Assembly: GCA_965218435.1 (NCBI GenBank)
Contig: CBDCKW010000009.1
Coordinates: 224,001 to 288,000, forward strand
DNA from: Truepera sp.
GTDB taxonomy: Bacteria; Deinococcota; Deinococci; Deinococcales; Trueperaceae
Direction of reading: 5' to 3'
Length of the DNA: 64,000 nt
Under the pieces are notes generated by a model, which did not search any database, was not told where the DNA came from, and worked only from the letters and a program-made list of their open reading frames with translations. Made by a program: the position numbers and the translations under genes. This document shows, piece by piece, positions 47,817 through 57,413 of the stretch (its first letter is position 1; each line of letters begins with the position of its first letter).

Positions 47817-48194
47817 ATGCGTACCCCTATTCACACCAACGAAGCGCCCGCCGCCATCGGCCCGTACTCACAAGCTGTCCGAGTTGACACCTTGCTCTTT
47901 ACCTCCGGTCAGATTCCCTTAAAACCTGATGGAACACTCCTGGAAGGCGATATCAGAGCGCAAACCGAGCAGGTGCTGAAAAACCTTCAAGCAGTGCTTA
48001 AAGCGGGGGGCTCGAGTCTCGCTGACGTCATCAAATGCACCTGTTTTTTAGCCGATATGAACGACTTCGCAGCGATGAACGAGGTTTATGGGACGTTTTT
48101 TAGCGGCTCTCCGCCTGCCCGGAGCGCGGTCGAGGTAGCGCGGTTACCCAGGGACGTCAAGATTGAAATCGAGGCGATTGCTCGAGTCGGGTAA
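47817..48194 (+). CDS. ridA: RidA/YjgF-family enamine deaminase
   Basis: APAAIGPYSQA, SGQIP, PARSAVEVARLP, IEIEAIA. Confidence 0.95.
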   Translation: MRTPIHTNEAPAAIGPYSQAVRVDTLLFTSGQIPLKPDGTLLEGDIRAQTEQVLKNLQAVLKAGGSSLADVIKCTCFLADMNDFAAMNEVYGTFFSGSPPARSAVEVARLPRDVKIEIEAIARVG

Positions 48195-48240
48195 AAAAGG
48201 GTCTACACTTTTGCCGTAAAACAATAAGGGCAACCTGTAC

Positions 48241-48318
48241 AGCAGGTATCATCTGGGAACAGCCGCAACCACTTTCAGCTAAGCTATCCAGCACGCACAT
48301 TACGGGGTGATTAGCGTA
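48241..48318 (+). repeat. Dispersed palindromic repeat copy
   Basis: Same 16-bp and 14-bp blocks with the same 31-nt spacing as the copy at 40325. Confidence 0.8.
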
Positions 48319-48446
48319 GCTTCTAACTGCTTAAGTGTTGTAGCTTCTCGGACCTCGTTTTTAGTTCGTGTATCAACTCTAATGTACGCTCCTGGATACT
48401 TCTGTATTGTTGTCGGGAGCTGTGCGTGTTTGCGTTAGGAAGACAC

Positions 48447-49103
48447 TTAGCTCTGGGAGCTGCGCCAAGCGTGCTCGAGCTCCGTAAGCGTTATCGCTTG
48501 TTCGTCTAGTGACCGGTTGACGGGACGGAGACCATCAACAAAAATCTGTGCTTGTCGCCGGACTGCTGCTGGCTCGTCAGGCAAATTCGGTAAACGCCTG
48601 ACGAGGTAAGCGCCCGCAAGCATAATATCGAGCGCACCGACGTCAGGGCGGACGAGTTTTTGTTCACACCCCTGCTCGAGGATGTAGGCGAGATGTTCGT
48701 GGATTTCTTGCCTTGCCCTATTGTTGGCTGGCGACAGATAGACAGGGCCACCCGTAAACGGCAGGACAATGACGTCCCGACGTTCGATCAGGCCAAAAAG
48801 GAACGTGCGGATGGCCTCGAGCGGATCATCGGTTAACGAGGCCCGCGCCTGACGAGCGACCGAAACGGCCACCTCGTAGGCGCGTTCACTGAGCGCCGCA
48901 ACCAGCGCCGCGCGGTCGGGAAAGTGCCGGTAAAGCGTCCCCACGCCGACGCCAGCGTTTCGCGCAATCTTCTCCATCGTGACTCTCGAGCCTTCATTTA
49001 GATAGGTGGCAGCTGCTGAATTCAGGAGTTGCTCGTGGTTCCGCTTAGCGTCGGCGCGTCGTACAGAACTTCCTTCGCACGGACTCGTTTTCGTCGCCTT
49101 CAT
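48447..49103 (-). CDS. TetR/AcrR-family regulator
   Basis: RADAKRN, IARNAGVGVGTLYRHFP. Confidence 0.95.
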   Translation of the reverse strand: MKATKTSPCEGSSVRRADAKRNHEQLLNSAAATYLNEGSRVTMEKIARNAGVGVGTLYRHFPDRAALVAALSERAYEVAVSVARQARASLTDDPLEAIRTFLFGLIERRDVIVLPFTGGPVYLSPANNRARQEIHEHLAYILEQGCEQKLVRPDVGALDIMLAGAYLVRRLPNLPDEPAAVRRQAQIFVDGLRPVNRSLDEQAITLTELEHAWRSSQS

Positions 49104-49136
49104 CCCGCTAGTATGTCACGCATTATGTATTCAGGG

Positions 49137-49158
49137 AAACGGAATTTTTCATCCGTTT
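49137..49158. promoter_or_regulatory. Probable TetR operator
   Basis: Perfect inverted repeat AAACGGA-N8-TCCGTTT between the divergent tetR and oxidoreductase operon. Confidence 0.65.
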
Positions 49159-49236
49159 GGCTGTAAGGTCATTACAATTGCTTCAGTGGTCTTGAACAGC
49201 AGGGCCACAAAATGCAAGCAGACGAAAGGGGTTGAC

Positions 49237-50103
49237 ATGAACGATACGACGATTCTTGCTTTCGGTGCTAGCGGAGAGTTTGCTGGGCTCGTGGTTCCCG
49301 AACTTGCCAAACGGGGCGCACGGGTAAGAGCTTTGGTCCACCACCAAGCAGAGGAGGAAAAGGCTCGCAAGCAGGGCGCTCAGGAGGTCGTTGTCGGTGA
49401 TTTGACGGACGCTGCGAGCTTAGCGGCCGCGCTCGAGGGCGTAGGTTCGGTCTTTTACATCGCGCCAGCCTTTTTAGACCACGAAGCCGAGGTGGGTCAG
49501 AACGTTGTTGAAGCGGCAAAGCAAGTAGGAGTACGCCGCTTTGTCTTCTCGTCGATCATTCACCCCATCCTCAGTGCGCTCGTCAACCACCGCGCCAAAG
49601 CGCCGGGCGAAGAGGCGCTGCTGGAATCAGGGATGGAATACGTCTTTTTGCAGCCGACCCTGTTTTTCCAGACCCTGGCCGAGAGTTGGCCGAAGGTACT
49701 CGAGACCGGCAGCCTCGCCGAACCGTGGTCGAACGAAACGCGTTTTAGCCGGGTGGACTACCGCGACGTTGCTGAAGTTGCGGCGATAGCACTAACCGAG
49801 GACCGCCTGACCTACGGAACCTACCAACTTTGCGCCGAGGGACACCTCGACCGTTACGACGTCGCTGGCCTTATGAGCGAGGTGCTGGGCCGCAAGATCG
49901 AAGCGGTCAAGCTCGAGCCGGAGAAAGCCACGGGCGGCTCTAGCAATGATCAATCCTCGCCGCTAAAACAGATGTTTAGGTGGTATGACCATAGCGGACT
50001 TTTAGGGAACGCACTTACACTGCATGCCATTCTGGGCCGTGAGCCGAGGACGCTACGTGCTTACCTCGAGGAACTTGCGGCTGAAGAGAACACTGAAAAG
50101 TAA
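49237..50103 (+). CDS. NmrA-like NAD(P)-binding protein
   Basis: GASGEFAG, VVGDL, VRRFVFSS, VDYRDVAEVAA. Confidence 0.92.
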   Translation: MNDTTILAFGASGEFAGLVVPELAKRGARVRALVHHQAEEEKARKQGAQEVVVGDLTDAASLAAALEGVGSVFYIAPAFLDHEAEVGQNVVEAAKQVGVRRFVFSSIIHPILSALVNHRAKAPGEEALLESGMEYVFLQPTLFFQTLAESWPKVLETGSLAEPWSNETRFSRVDYRDVAEVAAIALTEDRLTYGTYQLCAEGHLDRYDVAGLMSEVLGRKIEAVKLEPEKATGGSSNDQSSPLKQMFRWYDHSGLLGNALTLHAILGREPRTLRAYLEELAAEENTEK

Positions 50104-50149
50104 TGAGCTTGGTAGCGTCCCAAATTTGAATGATAAGGAGTATGAAGAT

Positions 50150-51070
50150 ATGCCAAAAGCAGTCAGATTCGACCATTACGGTGGCATTGACGTTTTGTAC
50201 ATTGCTGAGGTTGAGCGTCCAAACCCCGGCTCCGGGCAGGTGCTCGTCAAGGTGAAGGCCGCTGGCATCAACCCGGGTGAGGCAGCTATCCGCGAAGGTG
50301 CATTTGAAGAGATGTCACCTGCAACGTTTCCGTCTGGGCAGGGCAGCGACCTCGCCGGGGTCGTGGAGGAACTCGGTGAAGGTGTGAATAACGTTGCAGT
50401 AGGCGACGAGGTGATCGGGTTTGTCAATACACGCTCGAGCCAAGCCGAATTTGTCGTCGTCGAGGCTGAAAACCTCACCCCTCGCCCGAGCAACGTCGCT
50501 TGGGAGGTGGCCGGGGCGCTGCCTATCGTTGGGGCGACGGCGTATGCCGCGGTGCGGGCCGTGTCAGCCGGTGCAGGAGATACGGTCATCGTCTCCGCAG
50601 CAGCGGGCGGCGTCGGTTCACTGGCGGTGCAGCTGGCCAAAAACGCAGGCGCGAAGGTGATCGGGCTGGCGAGCGAAAGCAATCATAGCTGGCTCAGAGA
50701 CCACGGCGTCATTCCTATCACTTACGGCGACGGTCAAGAAGCGCGGATTCAGGAGGCGTCTGACGGAAAGGTAGACGCCTTTATCGACACCTTCGGTTCC
50801 GGTTACGTTGAGTTGGCCTTAAAACTCGGGGTTCAGCCTGAACGGATCGACACGATTATCGACTTTGAGGCAGCCAAAAAGCACGGCGTCAAAGCGGAGG
50901 GGTCCACGGAGGCCCTGCACGCCGACGTACTCGCTGAGCTGGTGGGGATGATTAGCGACGGGAAGCTCGAGCTTCCCGTCGCCCGCGTCTATCCGCTAGC
51001 TGAAGTTCAAGACGCCTACCGCGAACTCGAACAGCGCCACACCAGAGGCAAAATTGTCCTCGAGCCTTAG
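50150..51070 (+). CDS. NADP-dependent (quinone) oxidoreductase, MDR family
   Basis: VKAAGINP, G.DLAGVV, AAAGGVG..AVQLA, RGKIVL. Confidence 0.93.
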   Translation: MPKAVRFDHYGGIDVLYIAEVERPNPGSGQVLVKVKAAGINPGEAAIREGAFEEMSPATFPSGQGSDLAGVVEELGEGVNNVAVGDEVIGFVNTRSSQAEFVVVEAENLTPRPSNVAWEVAGALPIVGATAYAAVRAVSAGAGDTVIVSAAAGGVGSLAVQLAKNAGAKVIGLASESNHSWLRDHGVIPITYGDGQEARIQEASDGKVDAFIDTFGSGYVELALKLGVQPERIDTIIDFEAAKKHGVKAEGSTEALHADVLAELVGMISDGKLELPVARVYPLAEVQDAYRELEQRHTRGKIVLEP

Positions 51071-51094
51071 TAAAGGGATTCAAGGGAGCTTTAT

Positions 51095-52501
51095 ATGACC
51101 CGAGAAAACACATCTGCAGTTGATGAAGCAGCACTTTCTACGCTTACCGCTTCTTTAGACGGTAGGGTCATTGCACCGGGAGACCCGGACTACGATTCGT
51201 TGCGCACGCCCTGGCTCGAGGTGCTCGAGCAGCGCCCGACTATCATCGTTGAAGCAGCCTCAGCAGATGATGTCAGTGCCGCCGTTAGCTTCGCGCGTGC
51301 TCAGGGCTTACCGCTCGGCGTGATGGCGACCGGGCACGGTATCGCCGCTGCCTGCAACGACGGCCTGCTGATCAACTTATCGAAGATGACCGAGATGACG
51401 CTCAACTTAGAGACTAACGTTGTTACCGTCGGCCCAGGCGTCGATTCTGGGATGCTCCTAGCGAAGACGGAGCCGCACGGCTTGGTCTATCCGACGGGCC
51501 AAGTGAGTAGCGTCGGCGTGATCGGCTACACGCTCGGCGGCGGCATGGGCTGGCTTGTCCGCAAGCTCAGCGCGGCGGCGGGTACGGTTCGTCGCGCTAC
51601 TGTCGTGCTGGCGGACGGCTCACTGGTTCACGCAAGCACAGACGAGAACTTGGATTTGTTCTGGGCGCTGCGTGGGGGCGGCGGTAATTTCGGCGTGGTG
51701 GTAGCACTCGACTTGGCACTTTCCCCGGTCAAAGAGGTTGTCGGTGGCGAAATCTACTACCCGCTAGCCCGCGCTGGCGAGATTCTCCGTGCCTACCGCG
51801 ACTGGTCGTCGGGATTGTCTGACGAGACGAGTACCATCTTGCGACTTCTGGCTCCGCCGCCTGGTCAAAATGTGCCCGCTGCGCTGAAAGGCAAAAAGAC
51901 CTGCATGATCGGTTTGTGCCACGCTGATCCGCAGACCGCTGATGCGGTGCTGCAGCCCCTCAATAGTTTTGGCGAGCCCTTATTGCGAAACGTCAAGCGC
52001 CGGACGATTTCCGACATGGCGCAGCTCGACCCTGCCTCTCACTTGTCGGCTTCCCCGACCTACAGCGGCGTCGAGTTTCTCGAGGCACTTTCAGACGAGG
52101 TCATCGATCAACTGGTCGCTGTAGCGAACACGATGATCCCACCGCTCATGCAGCTCGAGGTTCAACAGCTCGGCGGGGCGCTCTTACGGTGGGGCGCTGA
52201 GGACGGGGCCTTTCACGCGTCAACCGCACCTTACTTACTCCACTTGGTCTCGCCAGCGACCCTCAAGACGTCTATGGACGAACTGGCTAAAGTTACAAGA
52301 CAAGCCTTCGACACGGTGGGCGACGTTTTTACCGGAGAAGCGTATTATAACTTTCTTCGTTGGAACGAGAAAGAGCGCGTTCCCCAAGCGTTTGGTGAGG
52401 CTGAGTTCCAGCGGTTGGGTGAAATAAAAGCTCGTTACGACCCGGACAATGTATTTAGCCTTAACTTGAACATTGCGCCGACGAGCTCGGGTAACGGCTG
52501 A
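51095..52501 (+). CDS. FAD-linked oxidoreductase, BBE/VAO family
   Basis: ATGHG, GYTLGGGMG, DLFWALRGGGGNFGVV, KARYDPDNVF. Confidence 0.94.
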   Translation: MTRENTSAVDEAALSTLTASLDGRVIAPGDPDYDSLRTPWLEVLEQRPTIIVEAASADDVSAAVSFARAQGLPLGVMATGHGIAAACNDGLLINLSKMTEMTLNLETNVVTVGPGVDSGMLLAKTEPHGLVYPTGQVSSVGVIGYTLGGGMGWLVRKLSAAAGTVRRATVVLADGSLVHASTDENLDLFWALRGGGGNFGVVVALDLALSPVKEVVGGEIYYPLARAGEILRAYRDWSSGLSDETSTILRLLAPPPGQNVPAALKGKKTCMIGLCHADPQTADAVLQPLNSFGEPLLRNVKRRTISDMAQLDPASHLSASPTYSGVEFLEALSDEVIDQLVAVANTMIPPLMQLEVQQLGGALLRWGAEDGAFHASTAPYLLHLVSPATLKTSMDELAKVTRQAFDTVGDVFTGEAYYNFLRWNEKERVPQAFGEAEFQRLGEIKARYDPDNVFSLNLNIAPTSSGNG

Positions 52502-52635
52502 TTAAGGAGTGGTCATAAGACCAAAATGCTTTGAGGTGCTACCACCCCACAGGTTTAGCTACAGTCACGCCCTATTAGAAGTAGTCCAACAACTCTAAGT
52601 TGAGCGAACTCGAGTCGTTGACGGCTAAACCGACG

Positions 52636-53373
52636 CTAATCTACGCTGCCGACATAAACCGTGTCACCAGATTTTACGGCGGTGTCAGCAGCGGCGTCGG
52701 CAATCGCCTCAGCAAACGTTTCGGTGGTCGGTAGGTCACCGACTGCTTCACGCCGCGCTTCGATAAGGCCGGGGTTCGCCCGCTGCAAAAGCTTGGGTGT
52801 AATCGTTCCTTCGATGAGGTCGCCGCTGACCACCACAAGGTCAACGCCCTGTTCGCTCAGTACCGGGATACGCGCCCGCAATACCTGTTCACCTGCCAGT
52901 TTTCCTTCAGCGACGGGTTCGTAACCGGGTAGCACCGGCTTTTCTCCGTAAAAGTGTGCTAAATGGCTGGTCACAAAAATAATTCGACTTTCCCTCGGCA
53001 TCAGCGGCAGGGCGCACTCGGCAAGATTAACTTGAGCGTCCCTATTGAGGCGCATGGCGTAGTCGTCGGTTTGGTTTTTCTCGAGCCCCCCCGAAGCGTT
53101 GAGCACCAGAATGTCCAGCCCGCCCAGAGCAGAACCGGTCTCTTGCATCATGCGCGTGACATCCTCTTGAACGGTAATATCTGCTTGGACGAGCACCGCG
53201 CGGCGTCCCAGCTTTTCTATCTCTTTAGCTACGGCCTCGGCTCGAGGACGCTTGCTCCGGTAATTAAGTACGAGGTCTGCACCACGTCGCGCCATGATGA
53301 CGGCTAAAGCTGCGCCTACGCCGCGTGAAGCGCCCGTAATCAGAACCCTTTTGCCGGTTAGGTCGTGCTGCAT
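52636..53373 (-). CDS. Short-chain dehydrogenase/reductase
   Basis: ITGASRGVG, ADIT, LVLNASGG. Confidence 0.92.
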   Translation of the reverse strand: MQHDLTGKRVLITGASRGVGAALAVIMARRGADLVLNYRSKRPRAEAVAKEIEKLGRRAVLVQADITVQEDVTRMMQETGSALGGLDILVLNASGGLEKNQTDDYAMRLNRDAQVNLAECALPLMPRESRIIFVTSHLAHFYGEKPVLPGYEPVAEGKLAGEQVLRARIPVLSEQGVDLVVVSGDLIEGTITPKLLQRANPGLIEARREAVGDLPTTETFAEAIADAAADTAVKSGDTVYVGSVD

Positions 53374-53819
53374 TCGGCTACGGTAACATGGGGTCTACTA
53401 ACTAAACCTTCACTGTCATGTGAAACTGCTCTATAACTCCAAAGGTTCCAAAAGTAATTGCTCGAGTCCGCTAATAGGTCTATACTTCACTTCGCCTATG
53501 CAGCGTCGTCGTGGCTGGTTAGCTCTAATTCAGACCGTACTGGCGCTGGTACTTGTATCCTTTATTAATCTCGTCATTTGTCTTCTCCAAAAAAGCCTAT
53601 TGACTTACCAGCGTCTTCCAGCCCTGCTAGCTGTATGGCGATAGGCACAGCAGCGGTGCTAACGTCCTTTATCGCTCGAGCCCTCCTCCAACCTGAGCAG
53701 CGTGCAGCGGATAAATATCACAAAAACTTGGTGGACGCTTGGCGGCGTGAGCGGTCTGCTGTCGGAACACAAAAGGGCGAGTCAAACGCTCGCCCTCACT
53801 AACTCTAAAGTTTGTCTTC

Positions 53820-54542
53820 TTAAGCGCGTCGCCAGAGCAGCTCTTTCTTAACATCTTCAATCGCCTGCGTAATCGGAATCCCGCGCGGACATGCCTCGGT
53901 GCAGTTGTACGCCGTGCGGCAACGCCAAAGCCCGTTCGCTTGACCCAGAACCTGCAAGCGGTCGGGGGTGCCTTCGTCGCGTGAGTCGAAGATAAAACGG
54001 TGCGCGTTGACAATCGCAGCTGGTCCTAGGTACGAGCCGTTCGTCCAAAACACTGGGCACGAAGTCGTACACGCGGCGCAGAGGATGCATTTGGTCGTCG
54101 CGTCAAAGATTTCGCGGTCCTCAACGCTCTGCAACCGTTCGCCGGTAGGGGCCGGTTCGTCGTTGATAAAGTACGGCAGTACCGCCTTATACGAGTCAAA
54201 AAACGGCTCCATATCGACGATCATGTCTTTGATGACTGTGAGACCGCGAATCGGCTCGACTTTGATGGTGTCACCGAGGTCGCGGACCAGAATCTTGCAC
54301 GCGAGCCGGTTGACGCCGTTGATCAGCATCGCGTCCGAGCCGCAGATGCCGTGGGCGCACGAGCGGCGGTACGACAAGGTGCCGTCGGTTTCCCACTTGA
54401 TCTGGTTGAGCACGTCCAACACGCGGTCGGTGCCGCGAGCCTTGAGCTTATATTCAGCCCAGTATGGGCGCTTGTCTTTTTCAGGGTTAAAGCGTTTGAT
54501 CTTGACGCTGATCTGTTTTTCTTGCATGGCGGGTTCAGCCAT
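53820..54542 (-). CDS. sdhB: Succinate dehydrogenase iron-sulfur subunit
   Basis: SCAHGICGSD, CILCAACTTSCP, CRTAYNCTEACP. Confidence 0.97.
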   Translation of the reverse strand: MAEPAMQEKQISVKIKRFNPEKDKRPYWAEYKLKARGTDRVLDVLNQIKWETDGTLSYRRSCAHGICGSDAMLINGVNRLACKILVRDLGDTIKVEPIRGLTVIKDMIVDMEPFFDSYKAVLPYFINDEPAPTGERLQSVEDREIFDATTKCILCAACTTSCPVFWTNGSYLGPAAIVNAHRFIFDSRDEGTPDRLQVLGQANGLWRCRTAYNCTEACPRGIPITQAIEDVKKELLWRRA

Positions 54543-54560
54543 ATCATCCTTTGCTTTGGT

Positions 54561-54588
54561 GTAGGCAGGTGTTTTAACGCCTGCCTAC
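54561..54588. other. Intercistronic stem-loop between sdhA and sdhB
   Basis: GTAGGCAGGTGTT-TT-AACGCCTGCCTAC. Confidence 0.6.
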
Positions 54589-54595
54589 CGGGGGA

Positions 54596-56338
54596 TTAGT
54601 AGACGCGAGGCTTAGGTTCGTATTTACCCAGTGTGACGGGTTTGTAATCAATACAGACGCCGTCGCCGTCTTTATGAATCAAAGTGTGCTTGAGCCACTC
54701 GCCGTCGTCGCGTTCTTTGTAGTCTTCGCGCGAGTGTGCGCCGCGCGACTCTTTACGGTTGTGCGCCGCGTAGACTAAGGCTTCGGCGTTGTCGAGCAAA
54801 AAGCCTAACTCGAGCGCCTCCATCAGTTCAGTGTTGTACTGCTCGCCCTGGTCATCCACGCCGATCTCTTTATACCGCGCTTTAAGGTTTTTGACGATTT
54901 CAATTTGCCTCGAGAGCGTCTCATCGGTGCGGAAAACCGAGGCGTTGTCTTGCATCGTCTCTTGTAGGTCTTTGCGGATGTGCGAGACACGCTCCTTGCC
55001 AGGGCCGTTCAAGGCTTTGTCGAGCAAGTTGCGGGTAAAGTCTTGCGGCTGTTCGGGCAATTCATTGTAAGACGCCTCGGCCGCGTACTTCGCCGCGTAG
55101 ATTCCGGCTCGCCGTCCGAACACAATCAGGTCGCCCAGACTATTCGTCCCTAGGCGGTTGGCACCGTGCAAGGACGCGCACGCAACTTCGCCCGCCGCGT
55201 ACAGACCGGGGATAATGCTGTTGTCGGCTGCGCCGATGACTTCGGTGTGAATCGTCGTGGGGATGCCGCCCATCGCGTAGTGTGCGGTCGGTTGCATCGG
55301 CACAGGTTCTTTGATGGGATCAACGCCTAAATAGATTCGAGCAAACTCGGTAATGTCTGGTAGGCGCTCCTCGATTATATGTGCGTCGATGTGGGTGAGG
55401 TCTAGGAGGATGTAGTCAGCGTCCGGCCCGGCCCCACGTCCCTCACGGATCTCCATGTACATGGCGCGGCTCACCACATCGCGGGGGGCTAAGTCTTTAA
55501 TACTGGGCGCGTAACGCTCCATGAAGCGCTCACCGTCTTTATTGCGGAGGATGCCGCCCTCGCCGCGTGCCCCTTCGGTCAGAAGTATCCCGAGCTTGTA
55601 GAGCCCGGTCGGGTGAAACTGATAGAACTCGGGGTCTTCTAACGGCACGCCGCGGCGGTACACCACGCTCATCAGGTCGCCGGTCAGCGCGTGCGCGTTC
55701 GAGGTGACTTTGAACATCCGGCCGTTACCGCCTGAAGCCAAAATCGTAGACTTCGCCTGAAAGGTGTGCAGCTCGCCCGTAGCGAGTTCATACGCGACCA
55801 CGCCACCACACTCGCCGTTTTTGATGATGATGTCCAACACGTGAAACTCGTTAAAAAAGGTCACATTATTTTTGATGGACTGTTGATACAACGTTTGCAA
55901 GATCATGTGGCCGGTGCGGTCGGCAGCGTAACAGGCGCGTTCAACGGCGGACTTGCCGAATTCGCGGGTGTGACCGCCGAATTTACGTTGCGCGATCTTA
56001 CCTTCGGGCGTGCGGGAAAAGGGGAGACCCATGTGCTCGAGTTCGTACACCGCTTCAATAACCTCGTGGGCAAACATTTCCGCGACATCTTGATCGGTCA
56101 GGTAATCGCCACCCTTGATGGTGTCAAAAGCGTGCCACTCCGCGTGGTCTTCCGAAACGTTCCCCAAAGCTGCGCCGACGCCCCCTTGCGCTGCGCCGGT
56201 ATGCGAGCGCGTCGGGTAGAGTTTGCTGACTACCGCGACCGATACGCCCGGGTGCTGCGCCGCGTAGCGAGCGGCCATCAGTCCGGCACCGCCCGCGCCG
56301 ACGACGAGTACATCGAATTTATGAAGCTGCGACATCAT
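54596..56338 (-). CDS. sdhA: Succinate dehydrogenase flavoprotein subunit
   Basis: GAGGAG, RSHTGAAQGG, QFHPTG, HGANRLGTNSL, ESRGAH. Confidence 0.98.
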   Translation of the reverse strand: MMSQLHKFDVLVVGAGGAGLMAARYAAQHPGVSVAVVSKLYPTRSHTGAAQGGVGAALGNVSEDHAEWHAFDTIKGGDYLTDQDVAEMFAHEVIEAVYELEHMGLPFSRTPEGKIAQRKFGGHTREFGKSAVERACYAADRTGHMILQTLYQQSIKNNVTFFNEFHVLDIIIKNGECGGVVAYELATGELHTFQAKSTILASGGNGRMFKVTSNAHALTGDLMSVVYRRGVPLEDPEFYQFHPTGLYKLGILLTEGARGEGGILRNKDGERFMERYAPSIKDLAPRDVVSRAMYMEIREGRGAGPDADYILLDLTHIDAHIIEERLPDITEFARIYLGVDPIKEPVPMQPTAHYAMGGIPTTIHTEVIGAADNSIIPGLYAAGEVACASLHGANRLGTNSLGDLIVFGRRAGIYAAKYAAEASYNELPEQPQDFTRNLLDKALNGPGKERVSHIRKDLQETMQDNASVFRTDETLSRQIEIVKNLKARYKEIGVDDQGEQYNTELMEALELGFLLDNAEALVYAAHNRKESRGAHSREDYKERDDGEWLKHTLIHKDGDGVCIDYKPVTLGKYEPKPRVY

Positions 56339-56352
56339 CCTCCCTCATTAAC

Positions 56353-56769
56353 CTAAAGCGCACGAACCGCGTCGCCCATCTCTTTATAGGTGAATGTCCA
56401 CAAGGTCATTACGCCCAAAACGAGCATGACCCCGGCGACGAAGTAGAGCAAAATCTTCGTCCAAAACCGTCGTCCCGGACGCCGCACATAGTCTTCGATG
56501 CTGTAACGTAGACCGTTTACGCCGTGCAGCATGGCAAACCCGAGTAAGAAAGAATCGTAAACTTTGACCCAAGACTGTGAAAAACGGTTGGCGACGTAGT
56601 CGTAGTCGATATGTCCGGCGTTAAAGGCGATGTTGTTGAAAAACACGTGGCCGAAGACCAAAAAGATCAAGACCAAGCCCGACACGCGCATAAAGACCCA
56701 CCACGCGAGTTCGCCGTTGGTGCTATAGGTTGCTTTCGCCTCGCGCAGAGTACGTGGTTTAACAGCCAT
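56353..56769 (-). CDS. sdhD: Succinate dehydrogenase membrane anchor subunit
   Basis: WWVFMRVSGL, HGVNGLRYSIEDY; operon position. Confidence 0.92.
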   Translation of the reverse strand: MAVKPRTLREAKATYSTNGELAWWVFMRVSGLVLIFLVFGHVFFNNIAFNAGHIDYDYVANRFSQSWVKVYDSFLLGFAMLHGVNGLRYSIEDYVRRPGRRFWTKILLYFVAGVMLVLGVMTLWTFTYKEMGDAVRAL

Positions 56770-56771
56770 GT

Positions 56772-57140
56772 TTAACCGCCATGTCCGGCTCCAAAGATTT
56801 CCGGCACAACCTTGAGCAGGACCGGAATCCCAATCAGCGTCGTCGCGCCTAATACGCCGTACCAGAGCTGCCGGTGATACTTCGTGCCCCAACTGGTCAG
56901 GTCCATCAAGATGATGCGGAGCCCGTTAAACGCGTGATAGACCACCGCTGCCATAATTAAAATCAGGCCGATACGAAAGGGCCACTGGTGATAAAACGCC
57001 AGAAACGCGTTAAAGGGACCCTTAGGGCCGTACATCACCAAACTGATGTCGAGTACGTGCAGCATCAGGTAGAGCGCGAGCGCCACCCCTGAGAGGCGGT
57101 GCAGCACAAACGCCCACTGCCCTTCTCTTCCTCGGTACAT
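56772..57140 (-). CDS. sdhC: Succinate dehydrogenase cytochrome b subunit
   Basis: MYRGREGQWAFVLHRLSG, YHAFNGLRIILMD. Confidence 0.95.
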   Translation of the reverse strand: MYRGREGQWAFVLHRLSGVALALYLMLHVLDISLVMYGPKGPFNAFLAFYHQWPFRIGLILIMAAVVYHAFNGLRIILMDLTSWGTKYHRQLWYGVLGATTLIGIPVLLKVVPEIFGAGHGG

Positions 57141-57413
57141 AAATCCTCCGCTAATGTAGTTTAGACCTGCCTCGTGCCACAGGGCTCAAACCGTGAATTT
57201 CAAACACTTACAGTTTATCATGCAGCCCCAAAAGAGCTGGTAACCGAAGGCAGGTTTTGGCGGTTACTCGGTGCTTCGGCTGACGCTCGTCCGGGGCTCG
57301 AGCGGACAGGCTGACGACACGCCGCTATCAGCCGAACGCTCACATTCTCCCTGCCCTCAAAATAGCTAGAATAGCCTTATGACAAAACTACGCATGACTG
57401 GAAAGGTGAATAG

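Noticed and set aside
53498..53802. Possible frameshifted small membrane protein (two hydrophobic ORF pieces joined near an A6 run)
   Set aside because: No family resemblance; cannot be distinguished from chance
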